From: Candidatus Margulisiibacteriota bacterium
GTDB taxonomy: Bacteria > Margulisbacteria > Termititenacia > CAZZFK01
Reading direction: 5' to 3'
DNA: 64,000 nt
Assembly: GCA_042562495.1 (NCBI GenBank)
Contig: JBHPMC010000001.1
Location: 41,983-105,982, forward strand
Shown here: piece after piece, positions 54,542 to 64,000 of the stretch
Numbering within the stretch: position 1 is the stretch's first letter
Layout: every line of letters starts with the position of its first letter
Notes under the pieces: generated by a model
Told to the model about the DNA's origin: nothing
Database searches by the model: none
The model's input: the letters and a program-made list of their open reading frames with translations, nothing else
Made by a program: the position numbers and the translations under genes

Positions 54542-55201
54542 TTAATAAATACTGGTCATTTTTGTTCTAGGGTAATTAATATCAGCAAAGCGCAGATCCT
54601 CTTTTAAAAGCGCAGCCTGAGTTTCGACCTGTGTATTCTTGGGGAAACAGGCATAGGTGCCAACATAAGTAAAAGCCCCCAAGCTATTGCCGGAAAAAAA
54701 CAAATAAGAACCAATTAATCCAGTACTAAGCACGCTTAAACCATGCGGTCCTTCTAAGGTTGTGGCCTTGCTTTTTTTTGCATTTAAAAGGATCTCTTCA
54801 GCGGCAAACTTCTCTTTATATAGAGGAGCGCTAGTGTTCATTTGTTGAACTTTTTGCCAAGACCTTTCTTCGGCAGTTTTATAATTGCCTAAAACATAGG
54901 AAGAAAAAATATTTGTTATACCAGCGATCTGCAAAGCCCCCTTGGTCAGCGGGTCTGGCGCAAACGTGCCGGCAATAAACAAAGTGCCGCCAAGCAGCCC
55001 TGTTAGAAATTGATAGCTTTCTCTTACTAATTGACGATCGTGGGCAATGTTTTCTAAACGCAGAGAAGGCGCTGGATTAAGCTTAGAATACTTTATCTGC
55101 TCTGCCACATCTATTTCTGCCAACACTGTACTAGTTGTTATCATAATTATGACGAAACAGGTGATACAAAATACGGACATTTTAAAACCTGGCATAAGCA
55201 T
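54542..55201 (-). CDS. secreted hypothetical protein
   Basis: 219-aa ORF with an N-terminal signal-peptide-like hydrophobic segment. Confidence 0.4.
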   Translation of the reverse strand: MLMPGFKMSVFCITCFVIIMITTSTVLAEIDVAEQIKYSKLNPAPSLRLENIAHDRQLVRESYQFLTGLLGGTLFIAGTFAPDPLTKGALQIAGITNIFSSYVLGNYKTAEERSWQKVQQMNTSAPLYKEKFAAEEILLNAKKSKATTLEGPHGLSVLSTGLIGSYLFFSGNSLGAFTYVGTYACFPKNTQVETQAALLKEDLRFADINYPRTKMTSIY

Positions 55202-55212
55202 ACTCCTTAGGT

Positions 55213-55377
55213 TTAAAGTTTTTTTTGCACTAACGCGACATGATTGCGATCATTAATTGCTAACGGGACAGAAATCACGGATGTGTAAAGGATATTGATA
55301 ATTGACAGGATCAGAATCGTAACGCCTAGTACGAAATAACCTTCATTATTTGCCTGATCATTTAGCTTATCTTTCAT
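55213..55377 (-). CDS. small membrane protein, hypothetical
   Basis: MKDKLNDQANNEGYFVLGVTILILSIINILYTSVISVPL. One TM helix, AGAGAGG SD. Confidence 0.3.
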   Translation of the reverse strand: MKDKLNDQANNEGYFVLGVTILILSIINILYTSVISVPLAINDRNHVALVQKKL

Positions 55378-55541
55378 AGTGCACCTCTCTTCCTCCCCCA
55401 CTATGATTAATAAAAAATGTATTTATATATGTTTTATTTCTACAAGGCTTATACCCAGTATCAAAATAAAGTATACCTACTAAAAAACAGGGGTTAGCAG
55501 AAGTTAACTAGACAGAATAAAAATAGAAAAAAAAGTATTGG

Positions 55542-56021
55542 TTACTTAGAGATCTTAAAAATAAGATCATTGCGGAAGACTGGTTTGCCGGTAAGCAAGC
55601 CTGCTTCCGATCCTTTTTTTACGACCTGCACAGATTGGCGGTCGATCTGTAAGGATTTAACAGGCAGCATAAGGTTCGTGCGTTTCCCTTTGATTAAAAT
55701 AGTGTCCCCTACCCTAACGTTCTTTTTGTTGATCCTAATAACAGCAACTTTTAATTTATCAAGGAATTGAGTGACTTCTCCAACAAAGGTGCCATTGGGG
55801 ACCTTGATAGAAGAAAGCCGACGATCTCGTTTCCTGACCTTTAGCCAAGTGCGGAATGTTTTTAAAATAAGCTTCAGAAAGAATATTGAAAAAAAAGCAA
55901 AGGAAAAGCCAGCAATAAAGGCAGCTAGTGTAGAGTTCAAAATAAGCTTCTTTAGACCGAGCTCCAACTCGGCAGGCAAGAAGCTTATGAAGAAAGAGTA
56001 AATATCATTAAGAAAGCGCAT
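55542..56021 (-). CDS. membrane-anchored protein with a C-terminal EF-Tu domain-2-like beta-barrel
   Basis: N-terminal hydrophobic helices. C-terminal VRVGDTILIKGKRTNLMLPVKSLQIDRQSVQVVKKGSEAGL resembles a translation-factor domain II barrel. Confidence 0.35.
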   Translation of the reverse strand: MRFLNDIYSFFISFLPAELELGLKKLILNSTLAAFIAGFSFAFFSIFFLKLILKTFRTWLKVRKRDRRLSSIKVPNGTFVGEVTQFLDKLKVAVIRINKKNVRVGDTILIKGKRTNLMLPVKSLQIDRQSVQVVKKGSEAGLLTGKPVFRNDLIFKISK

Positions 56022-56131
56022 AGGCTAATTCTAAATGGATACGCGCGTAAGTCAACTAAAAAATGCAAGTTTTTACTAATAAATCACGATATATATAGTG
56101 AAGATATAATATATACGTTTTTTATTTGTGG

Positions 56132-56157
56132 GGGGACCATTTATGGGTCCCTTTTTT
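56132..56157 (+). terminator. terminator-like GC hairpin plus U-tract, just upstream of the RBS of the 56171 gene
   Basis: GGGGACC ATTTATG GGTCCC TTTTTT, a 6-bp GC stem with six T. Directly followed by GGAGGTAATAATG. Confidence 0.4.
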
Positions 56158-56170
56158 ATTGGAGGTAATA

Positions 56171-56692
56171 ATGGCTACGAATAGTGTATCAGAATCAAAA
56201 CAGGCTAATCATGCGGAGTTCAAAAAACTGCATAATCGTTTGATCCTGAAATATTTAAAAAAGAACGTCAGCAAGGCCAATCAAGTAGTAATGAAAGGCG
56301 AAGCGACCACCGCAGAAGAAAGAGCAGCGGCGCTAAGCAAGGCAGAGCAATTGGCAGCTGCGGAGGCGAAAGCTGCTGTAAATACAAACAAAAAGCCGGA
56401 AGACACAAAAAATACAACGAACAATGCTTACGCTGCGTGTAAAAATGCCCAGAATGAACAAAAAAAAGATATAAAAAACAAAACAACATTTGACCCTGTC
56501 CAGATATTATCAAAGATAGAAAAAGAAAATAAACAAAAAAAAGATATAAAAAAACTAGAAAAACCAGGCCTATTGCAATCTGTCATTGCTTTTATTGGCA
56601 CAAAGAAAACCGAGCTCAAGCAAATAGCTAACGAATTAAAAAAAGAACATAAAGAAAAAATAAAGAAATCTGCATTTAAAAACAAAGCATAA
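56171..56692 (+). CDS. Lys-rich low-complexity hypothetical protein
   Basis: Start at MATNSV with GGAGG SD. About 25% Lys and Ala/Glu-rich helical repeats. Confidence 0.4.
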   Translation: MATNSVSESKQANHAEFKKLHNRLILKYLKKNVSKANQVVMKGEATTAEERAAALSKAEQLAAAEAKAAVNTNKKPEDTKNTTNNAYAACKNAQNEQKKDIKNKTTFDPVQILSKIEKENKQKKDIKKLEKPGLLQSVIAFIGTKKTELKQIANELKKEHKEKIKKSAFKNKA

Positions 56693-56760
56693 AAGCTCCA
56701 CCAATAGAATATTTTCATGATATACTAGGCATCCTTAAAATAGTAAAAAAAGGATAAATT

Positions 56761-57810
56761 GTGCCTAGCAAGAAAACAATCAAAAATGACCTAATGCCTA
56801 AAAAGGCTAAAATATGGCCCCTAATGGCCGTTGCGGGGATATCGGCAATAGTGGCCGTGATCATCTTTACTGGTGTTTTGCAGACCACAAATGATTCAAA
56901 TAAGCTTGCTTTGGAAGATCCAATGGATACCAACGATATCATTATCCCCATAATAGCCAGAGCGTTAGTGCTTAATATGCCGCAAGGATATGAGGCCGCT
57001 ATAGAGAATATAAAGAATAATGAGGAGTATATTAAAAACAAATATTCACTGAAATTATCAATAGCCGAGCTTTATTATAAAGGGCTTAATGATCAGGACA
57101 AGGCCAAGGCTATATATGAAGAGCTTGTAAAAACATATAAAAATGAAAAAATTAAACATATAATAGTTGAGTTAGATAAAGGTTATGTGCGTAAAAAGAA
57201 AATATTTTTAATGTCCATTTCAGAGGTTTTAATGCGCTTAGCAGAGCTTAATTACGTAAATAACGAGACAGCAAAAGCCAAGGAGCTTTATAAAAAAATA
57301 ATAAGTAAATATAGCAAGGATGTGTTTGGGCAAGAAGAGTTGAAATATTATTATAAAGAACTGGCAGAATACAACCTTAAGGCTATTGGCAAAAGCCATA
57401 TGCAAATCATTGATACAGATCACGAGATCGAAAAGCTGCAGGGATTAGAGAATAGGTGGCAAGCGCTACAATTGGCGTGTATATCTCAAAATGAAGAGAG
57501 TATTAGCAATCAAATAAAAGACAAGCAGTTAATTATATCAATAAAAGAAGAGGATAATGTATTTGGCGCCGCAAGCATAATAAAGGCAATCAATGTAGGG
57601 CGGGGAACTATGGCTGATTTTATTAAGGAGGTATTACAGAAGGCATATGCCCGAAGGGATCTGCAATATAGTTTTAATTTTGCAGGAATAGCAAAGGGAA
57701 GAGTAAAATATGAAATGTTGATCAAAGATACGAATAACAAGAAGCTGGCAGAAGTAACGTTTTATGACCAAAATAACCGGTGGCAAATAGCAGAAATAAA
57801 GAAGTTATAA
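56761..57810 (+). CDS. membrane-anchored hypothetical protein with TPR-like helical repeats (GTG start)
   Basis: N-terminal TM helix WPLMAVAGISAIVAVIIFTGV. Lys-rich repeats such as AKAIYEELVKTYKNEK and AKELYKKIISKYSKD. Confidence 0.4.
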   Translation: MPSKKTIKNDLMPKKAKIWPLMAVAGISAIVAVIIFTGVLQTTNDSNKLALEDPMDTNDIIIPIIARALVLNMPQGYEAAIENIKNNEEYIKNKYSLKLSIAELYYKGLNDQDKAKAIYEELVKTYKNEKIKHIIVELDKGYVRKKKIFLMSISEVLMRLAELNYVNNETAKAKELYKKIISKYSKDVFGQEELKYYYKELAEYNLKAIGKSHMQIIDTDHEIEKLQGLENRWQALQLACISQNEESISNQIKDKQLIISIKEEDNVFGAASIIKAINVGRGTMADFIKEVLQKAYARRDLQYSFNFAGIAKGRVKYEMLIKDTNNKKLAEVTFYDQNNRWQIAEIKKL

Positions 57811-58335
57811 ATGAAAAAGCTAATACTGATTATATGTATATTAATGATGATAAACCCTGTTTATGCCGGATTAATAGGGGATTTTTATCAAAATGAACAG
57901 TATGGCTGTTCTATGAACGGTTATGGGTGGAAGGCAGATTTGTCTGGAAAAAAGAAGTTGATCTCCTTTAAGAATGAAGATGACGGCATTAGCGAAGTTT
58001 CATTAGATGTGGTCCCTGCCAAGAAGTTTGGTGCAGAAAATGCAAAACAAATCGCTATCGCCAGGATCGAAGCTTATGATAGCTGGATGTATGTCGGTGG
58101 TCGCCAGATGGAGCAATGGGAGATAGGCAATGCTAATGCGGCAGATGGTTTTATCGTAATGTATTCCAAGAACCTATTTAGCAAGACAAGCGGGACTATC
58201 AAGCTTATCGTTACTGAAAAGTACTATATGAAGGGGGGCAATGCCTATATGGTTACGATACTGACTACTTCCCAGGCGTGGTATTCAGTAAAAAGTACTT
58301 TATTAAAGATAGCAAATTCGTTTAAGATTACTTAA
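57811..58335 (+). CDS. secreted hypothetical protein
   Basis: Signal peptide MKKLILIICILMMINPVYA. ATG immediately follows the stop of the upstream gene. Confidence 0.45.
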   Translation: MKKLILIICILMMINPVYAGLIGDFYQNEQYGCSMNGYGWKADLSGKKKLISFKNEDDGISEVSLDVVPAKKFGAENAKQIAIARIEAYDSWMYVGGRQMEQWEIGNANAADGFIVMYSKNLFSKTSGTIKLIVTEKYYMKGGNAYMVTILTTSQAWYSVKSTLLKIANSFKIT

Positions 58336-58401
58336 CAAAACGATATTTTTTTGGTTACTAACGTCAAGAAAAGAGAAAAACAAAGTAAACGAACAATATA
58401 G

Positions 58402-58430
58402 TTGACATAGGCCTGTCTTTCATATATAAT
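58402..58430 (+). promoter_or_regulatory. consensus sigma70 promoter upstream of ssb
   Basis: TTGACA (58402-58407), 17-bp spacer, TATAAT (58425-58430). Confidence 0.5.
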
Positions 58431-58501
58431 ATATACAATTGTTTATTAAATAACTCCCCGCTAATTAATAGGCAATAATTACAAAAGAAAGGTGGTGTTA
58501 A

Positions 58502-58867
58502 ATGGCGGATTATAATCATGTTACTTTAGTAGGAAGATTAATAAACGAGCCAGAAGCTAAGGCAGTAAGCGATGATCGGTTAAGGACAGGCTTTACCTTA
58601 GCAATAAATCGTCCCTATAAAGATAACAATGGCAAGTCAGTGTCTGATTTTTTTAATATTGTTGCCTGGGGCAAATTAGCAGAAATTTGCAAGGAATATG
58701 TTAAGAAAGGAGAAGATCTGCTCGTCGATGGCAGGATACAATCCAGATCATATGAGCAGGATAACGAGAAAAAATGGATCACTGAGATCATTGCTGAATC
58801 GCTGAGCTTTTTAGGCCGGAAGAATGGCAACGGCAAGCCTAAAAGCGAAAAAGAAGCTGTTAAGTAA
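58502..58867 (+). CDS. ssb: single-stranded DNA-binding protein
   Basis: HVTLVGRLINEPE...DFFNIVAWGKLAE is the OB fold of bacterial SSB. Short C-terminus without the canonical acidic DDDIPF tip. Confidence 0.85.
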   Translation: MADYNHVTLVGRLINEPEAKAVSDDRLRTGFTLAINRPYKDNNGKSVSDFFNIVAWGKLAEICKEYVKKGEDLLVDGRIQSRSYEQDNEKKWITEIIAESLSFLGRKNGNGKPKSEKEAVK

Positions 58868-58892
58868 GAGATATATTGCTTAACTACAAGCT

Positions 58893-58928
58893 GACTTTCT
58901 CTAACTAGCGGAGAAAGTCTTTTTTTTA
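58893..58928 (+). terminator. rho-independent terminator of ssb
   Basis: GACTTTCTC taactagcg GAGAAAGTC TTTTTTTT, a perfect 9-bp stem with eight T. Confidence 0.65.
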
Positions 58929-59051
58929 TATAATGGCCGGACCAAATTGTGGAAAAATTAATGCTGCAGTAAAAATAAAAAATATAGTTGTATTCATATA
59001 GAAAGTTTTAAAAAAATAGAACTAAATATAATCCGCAAAAAGAAAAAAAGA

Positions 59052-60968
59052 ATGATCAAATATAAAAAAAAATATGAAGTAATAGTAATCGGAGCTGGAC
59101 ATGCCGGGTGTGAAGCGGCGTTAGCCTCGGCAAGATTAGGATGTAAAACATTAATCATCACCATGAATTTAGATACCATTGCCTTGATGTCCTGTAATCC
59201 AGCTATTGGTGGGCCAGCAAAGAGCCATTTAGTAAAAGAAATAGATGCTTTAGGCGGAGAGATGGGGAAGGCCGCAGATGCCACTTTTTTACAAATGAAA
59301 ATGTTAAACATGTCCAAAGGGCCAGCTGTCAGAAGCTTAAGGGCACAATCTGACAAGGCAGCATATCATGTGTATATGAAGCAGGTATTAGAGCACCAGA
59401 ATAATCTAGATATTAAACAAGGCATAATTACCGGTATTGTCTGCAATAAAAAACAGATAAAAGGCGTTTTAACTAAAATGGGAGTTTTGTACCAAGGGAA
59501 ATGCGTTATAGTGACCCCAGGGACGTTTTTAAAGGGGATTATACATATTGGCTTGGAACATATCCCTGCAGGCAGAATGGGCGAATTCCCGGCCGTAGAA
59601 TTATCAAATAGTTTAAAAAAGTGCGGTTTGAAATTGGGAAGACTGAAAACAGGCACAACTCCCAGGCTAGATCGCAGAACAATAAATTTTAAAAAAATGA
59701 GCGAAGAGCCTGGCGCAGAGGAGAAGTATAGATTTTCTTTTTATCCTGGGCAATATGATCCCGAGCAAGTCCCTTGTTATTTAACTTATACCAACAAGAA
59801 AACACATAAAATAATTCGCAGCAATTTACATCGGTCTCCTTTATTTCAAGGAGTTATTAAAGGCATTGGTCCACGATATTGTCCTTCAATAGAAGATAAG
59901 GTTGTAAGATTTCCCGAAAAGGAAAGGCATACGGCATTTATCGAGCCGGAAGGCAGAGATACACTTGAGATGTATACGCAAGGGATCGCGACAAGTTTAC
60001 CCGAAGACATTCAGCTAAAGATGTTAAGAACAATGGCAGGATTAGAAAATGTTGAAATAATGCGGCCAGGGTATGCTGTTGAATATGATTTTGTTTTTCC
60101 TAGTCAAATAAATCGTACTTTAGAGACTAAAAAAATAAAAGGCCTTTTCTTGGCAGGGCAGATCAATGGGACTTCAGGGTATGAAGAAGCTGCAGCCCAG
60201 GGGTTGATATCAGGAATAAATGCTGCAATGAAGGCAAAAAATGAAGATATGCTCATATTGGGACGTGAAAACTCATACATTGCTACGTTAATAGATGATC
60301 TAATAACCAAAGAGATAGCTGAGCCATACAGAATGATGACTTCCAGATCTGAATATAGGCTTTTATTGAGACAGGACAATGCTGACCTGCGTCTAACTGA
60401 CATAGGCTATAAAGTAGGCCTAATAAGCGAGAAAAGATATGAAAAATTCACACAAAAAAAACATGCCATAAAGGATGAAATTAGAAGGCTAAAGAATATT
60501 AAAATAATGCCAAGTCAAAAAAATAAGGCAGTTATGAGAAAAATGGGTGAGCCATTGAGGAAGGTTTGTTGTTTTTCTGAATTAATCGCAAGGCCTAGGC
60601 TAGGTTATGACAAGCTGAAAGCCTTGGATTACAAAAATAGCACAGAATTGCCTAGGGCAATAATTGAGCAAGTTGAGATAGAATTGAAGTATGAGGGCTA
60701 TATAAATCGCCAAAAACGACAGGTAGATGAATTCAAAAAGCTAGAAAACAAGAAAATATTTAATAAATTTGATTTCACCAAGATAAAAGGATTAAGAAAG
60801 GAAGCTCAATATAAGCTTCAGCAAGTACAACCCTTATCGCTTGGTCAAGCAAGCAGAATAGCAGGAGTAAATCCCGCTGATATTTCCGTACTTTTGATCT
60901 ATCTTGAAGCAATGCGCCGAGGGCAGAAAAGGTCAAAATATGTTCCACGTGAAACATTAAGAAAATAA
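59052..60968 (+). CDS. mnmG: tRNA uridine 5-carboxymethylaminomethyl modification enzyme MnmG (GidA)
   Basis: FAD motif [14 protein letters not shown]. 638 aa. Confidence 0.95.
   Translation: MIKYKKKYEVIVIGAGHAGCEAALASARLGCKTLIITMNLDTIALMSCNPAIGGPAKSHLVKEIDALGGEMGKAADATFLQMKMLNMSKGPAVRSLRAQSDKAAYHVYMKQVLEHQNNLDIKQGIITGIVCNKKQIKGVLTKMGVLYQGKCVIVTPGTFLKGIIHIGLEHIPAGRMGEFPAVELSNSLKKCGLKLGRLKTGTTPRLDRRTINFKKMSEEPGAEEKYRFSFYPGQYDPEQVPCYLTYTNKKTHKIIRSNLHRSPLFQGVIKGIGPRYCPSIEDKVVRFPEKERHTAFIEPEGRDTLEMYTQGIATSLPEDIQLKMLRTMAGLENVEIMRPGYAVEYDFVFPSQINRTLETKKIKGLFLAGQINGTSGYEEAAAQGLISGINAAMKAKNEDMLILGRENSYIATLIDDLITKEIAEPYRMMTSRSEYRLLLRQDNADLRLTDIGYKVGLISEKRYEKFTQKKHAIKDEIRRLKNIKIMPSQKNKAVMRKMGEPLRKVCCFSELIARPRLGYDKLKALDYKNSTELPRAIIEQVEIELKYEGYINRQKRQVDEFKKLENKKIFNKFDFTKIKGLRKEAQYKLQQVQPLSLGQASRIAGVNPADISVLLIYLEAMRRGQKRSKYVPRETLRK
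60941..60956. promoter_or_regulatory. parS centromere-like site (inside the 3' end of mnmG)
   Basis: TGTTCCACGTGAAACA is a perfect palindromic match to the parS consensus. Confidence 0.7.
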
Positions 60969-60977
60969 CCAACGCAA

Positions 60978-61694
60978 ATGTCTAGTAAATATAAACAGCT
61001 TCTGATAGATACTTTAAAAGCCTGGGGGATAGATCATCAAGATGACCAAATTGAGCAATTATATATATACTTAAGAATGCTGCAAGAGGAAAGCAAGAAG
61101 ATAAACTTAACAAAAATAACTGAAGAACAAGATATTGTAGAAAAACATTTCTTAGATTCACTAGCTTTTGTCAAAATTATAGCTTTAATAGGCAGCGAAA
61201 AGATCGTTGATGTTGGATCGGGAGCAGGCCTGCCCGGGCTTCCAATAGCGTTATTATATCCAAAAATAAGCATGACTTTAGTTGATTCAACTGTAAAAAA
61301 GGTTGATTTTCTTAATAAAGTTATAAAAACTTTACATATAAAAAACGCTATATGTATAGTTGATCGTGCTGAAAATCTGGCTAAAGACACAAATCATCGT
61401 GGCAAGTATGACATTGCGCTGGCCAGGGCTGTTTCAAAGGTAAATATTTTACTAGAATTAATGCTTCCTTTTTTGAAAATTCAGGGAAAAGTAGTCTTAT
61501 ATAAGGGTGCAGCTGTTGGACAGGAGCTAGAGCAAGCGAAGAATTCTTTGAAAATATTAGGAGGAGAGCTTGCAAAAATGGAAAAATTTAGCATTGGAGA
61601 AAACAAACGTTCACTTATTCTAATCAAAAAAGTAAATGATACGCCACAAAAATATCCTCGCCGTGCAGGATTGCCGCAAAAAAAACCGCTATAA
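60978..61694 (+). CDS. rsmG: 16S rRNA (guanine527-N7)-methyltransferase RsmG (GidB)
   Basis: VDVGSGAGLPGLPIA is the SAM motif. Canonical position after mnmG. Confidence 0.85.
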   Translation: MSSKYKQLLIDTLKAWGIDHQDDQIEQLYIYLRMLQEESKKINLTKITEEQDIVEKHFLDSLAFVKIIALIGSEKIVDVGSGAGLPGLPIALLYPKISMTLVDSTVKKVDFLNKVIKTLHIKNAICIVDRAENLAKDTNHRGKYDIALARAVSKVNILLELMLPFLKIQGKVVLYKGAAVGQELEQAKNSLKILGGELAKMEKFSIGENKRSLILIKKVNDTPQKYPRRAGLPQKKPL

Positions 61695-61698
61695 AAAA

Positions 61699-61714
61699 TG
61701 TTCCACGTGAAACA
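61699..61714. promoter_or_regulatory. parS centromere-like site (rsmG-parA intergenic)
   Basis: TGTTCCACGTGAAACA, identical to the site at 60941. Confidence 0.7.
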
Positions 61715-61778
61715 CTGGACACCTGTAAACCATGTCTGCTATAATTGAACACATTAATTTAGCTTCAAAGGGGATTTC

Positions 61779-62546
61779 ATGGGAGTGATCTACGCAGTTG
61801 TAAATCAAAAGGGCGGCGTTGGCAAAACGACGACAACGGTAAACCTTGGAGCTTATTTAGCTGAGCAAGGGAAGCAAGTCCTTTTAGTAGATATCGATCC
61901 TCAAGCAAATGCTTCCAGCGGCGTAGGTTTAGATGTAGAAAAAATCGAGAGCGGCATCTATGAGCTGCTCTCGGGCAACAAAGAAGTATTAGATACTCTT
62001 TATCCAACATCTGTTAAAGGCTTAAATATTATTCCTTCCAGCCCTGATCTTGCCGGAGCTGTTGTTGAATTGTTGAATGTTGAGGGCAGGGAAAAAATAT
62101 TAAAAAATATTCTTGCTCCATTAAAAGAGGCATATGATTATATCTTGATCGATTGTCCTCCCTCCATAGGCATGTTGACCATCAATGCTTTGATCGCCGC
62201 GGATAAAGCCTTAGTCCCGGTGCAGTGTGAATACTACGCTCTAGAGGGCCTAGGACGCCTAATTAAGACAATTGAGCTGGTGAGAGAAGAGGCAAATCCG
62301 TCCTTAGAATTAGGGGGGATCGTCATGACCATGTTCGATCTGCGGACAAAGCTAAGCAAAGAAGTAGTTGAAGAAACAAGAAAACATTTCAATGATAAAG
62401 TTTTTAAAACGATCGTTCCTAGAAATGTGCGTATAAGTGAAGCGCCAAGTTATGGGCAGCCGATCACTATTTATGCAAAAAGATCTGAAGGAGCAAAAGC
62501 TTATCGAGAATTAACAAAGGAGGTACTGGCACATGGCAACAATTAA
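61779..62546 (+). CDS. parA: chromosome partitioning ATPase ParA/Soj
   Basis: Deviant Walker A VVNQKGGVGKTTTTVNLG. Confidence 0.9.
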   Translation: MGVIYAVVNQKGGVGKTTTTVNLGAYLAEQGKQVLLVDIDPQANASSGVGLDVEKIESGIYELLSGNKEVLDTLYPTSVKGLNIIPSSPDLAGAVVELLNVEGREKILKNILAPLKEAYDYILIDCPPSIGMLTINALIAADKALVPVQCEYYALEGLGRLIKTIELVREEANPSLELGGIVMTMFDLRTKLSKEVVEETRKHFNDKVFKTIVPRNVRISEAPSYGQPITIYAKRSEGAKAYRELTKEVLAHGNN

Positions 62547-63390
62547 AAGAGGATTAGGGAAAGGATTGAGCGCGCTATTGCCGACGAAGACTGCGCTTGC
62601 TTCGGGGAAAACTATAATCAATATTTCGCCTTATGAGGTCAAGCCAAATCCAAGGCAGCCCAGGCATAATTTTGCGGAAGATTCTATACGTGAGTTGGCG
62701 GCGTCGATAAAAGAGCATGGAGTAGTACAGCCGCTGGTGGTCCGCCTGATCGAAGGAAAATATGAATTAGTGGCAGGCGAGCGCAGATTGCGGGCAGCCA
62801 AGATCGCGGAACTAGAAACAGTTCCAGTAATTGTTAAAAATATTTCAAATGAAAAATCATTGGAGCTAGCGATCATTGAAAATATCCAACGAGAGGATCT
62901 AAATCCCTTAGATGAGGCGGAAGCTTATTTATTGTTGATGAAAGAATTTGAATTAACGCAAGAACAAGTTGCCAGCAAGGTTGGGAAGAGTCGCTCGGCA
63001 ATAGCCAATGCGTTAAGGATAATAGAGTTGCCAAAAGAAATAAAGGAAAGCTTACGCAAAGGAGAGATAACGGCAGGCCATGCTAAGGCCATTTTAATGG
63101 CAGGAGAGGCCAATAAGCGGATTCAGCTATGGAAAGAGATTTTAAAGGGAGGCCTGAATGTACGCCACGCAGAAGGCTTGGCAACTGCGACTAAGGGCAC
63201 GGGCAGCAAAATGGGCACTGGCAAGAAAAAAGTAAAAATAAGCCCGGCAATGAGTGATGTTCGAGATAAGCTTTCCAGCTATTTTGGGACCAAAGTTAAT
63301 CTGCATGGAACAGACCAGAAAGGCAAAGTAGAAATCATCTATTATTCACAAGATGATCTAACGCGGATCTTGGAAATAATTGAAAAATAA
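62533..63390 (+). CDS. parB: chromosome partitioning protein ParB/Spo0J
   Basis: ParB box LVAGERRLRAAK. HTH region. Confidence 0.9.
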   Translation: MATIKRGLGKGLSALLPTKTALASGKTIINISPYEVKPNPRQPRHNFAEDSIRELAASIKEHGVVQPLVVRLIEGKYELVAGERRLRAAKIAELETVPVIVKNISNEKSLELAIIENIQREDLNPLDEAEAYLLLMKEFELTQEQVASKVGKSRSAIANALRIIELPKEIKESLRKGEITAGHAKAILMAGEANKRIQLWKEILKGGLNVRHAEGLATATKGTGSKMGTGKKKVKISPAMSDVRDKLSSYFGTKVNLHGTDQKGKVEIIYYSQDDLTRILEIIEK

Positions 63391-63419
63391 CTTATGGCCT
63401 CGAAGATCTCGAGGAGTAT

Positions 63420-64000
63420 ATGTCTTATAAAGTAAAAGCTTTAATTGAATTTGATGGCAAGCAGCGTTTCTTTGAAAATCCCCATGCGTTGATTTCCTGC
63501 ACAAGCCCAAGCGATGTTTCTAAAACAATAAAAAAAGCAGAATATTTTCAAAATAAGGGCTATTGGGTAGTGGGGTTTTTGAGCTATGAAGCAGGATATG
63601 CTTTCGAAAAGATAAAAACAAAAAAAAACTATAAGTTTCCGCTAGTTTGGTTTGCAGTATTTAAAGCACCCAATAAAAAGGAAGCTTTTTCAGATTTAGC
63701 TGGAGGGCAAGAAGAATTAAAAATTGAAAATATAAGTTTGAATACTTCAAAAAAAAGATATATCCAAAAGATCAAGCAAATCAAGCAAGCGATCGCCTCC
63801 GGGTTTACGTATCAGGTCAATTACAGCATGCGTTATAGCTTGCAGATGCAGGGGGAGCCCTACCAGCTATATAAAAAATTAAAGAAGCAGCAGGGCACCG
63901 ATTATTCTGCTTTCATCCAGGCCCCAGAGTTCTCGATCTTGAGCTTATCTCCGGAGCTTTTTTTTAAAGTAAACGGCCGGGAAATAATCGCTAGGCCAAT
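63420..64000 (+). CDS. pabB: aminodeoxychorismate/anthranilate synthase component I family protein (partial, N-terminal part)
   Basis: GAGGAG SD, then ATG at 63420. ...GFTYQVNYSMRY...LYKKL..., the characteristic start of the chorismate-binding domain. Runs off the window end. Confidence 0.6.
   Translation, partial: MSYKVKALIEFDGKQRFFENPHALISCTSPSDVSKTIKKAEYFQNKGYWVVGFLSYEAGYAFEKIKTKKNYKFPLVWFAVFKAPNKKEAFSDLAGGQEELKIENISLNTSKKRYIQKIKQIKQAIASGFTYQVNYSMRYSLQMQGEPYQLYKKLKKQQGTDYSAFIQAPEFSILSLSPELFFKVNGREIIARP

Noticed and set aside
56126-56170. The longer N-terminus (MWGDHLWVPFLLEVI...) of the 56126-56692 ORF
   Set aside because: It would translate through a perfect terminator hairpin, and it lacks an RBS, whereas the downstream ATG at 56171 has GGAGG. 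A shorter start was chosen.

Overview
This is the chromosomal replication-origin region of a bacterium with moderate-to-low GC content and many Lys-rich proteins. The core is rpmH-rnpA-yidD-yidC-jag-mnmE on the minus strand, facing dnaA-dnaN-recF-dciA(DUF721)-gyrB-gyrA-ychF on the plus strand. Clusters of DnaA boxes lie upstream of dnaA. Gene orientation flips at about 22.5-23.6 kb, and mnmG-rsmG-parA-parB with two perfect parS sites sit near the right end. The left arm, all on the minus strand, carries a partial TPR protein, hisE, hisI, an ATP-grasp (RimK-like) ligase, a saccharopine-dehydrogenase/LKR-like enzyme, dnaE, two tandem full-length carB paralogs with no carA in the window, and a SAM methyltransferase. 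A 1263-aa plus-strand protein fuses a PTS Enzyme I-like phosphohistidine domain and PEP-binding TIM barrel to a C-terminal HPr-like domain, with large extra N-terminal and central regions. A complete Tad/Flp pilus locus is present at 39-49.5 kb. It is preceded by a PKD-repeat lipoprotein and followed by a GT2 glycosyltransferase and two GT-C-type membrane glycosyltransferases. The whole 15-kb block is bracketed by two inverted paralogous small membrane proteins. The window also holds an initiator tRNA-fMet with a decayed tandem copy, ssb with a consensus sigma70 promoter and an intrinsic terminator, a cluster of secreted and membrane hypothetical proteins, and a partial pabB at the right edge. 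No CRISPR array, transposase or integrase was seen.
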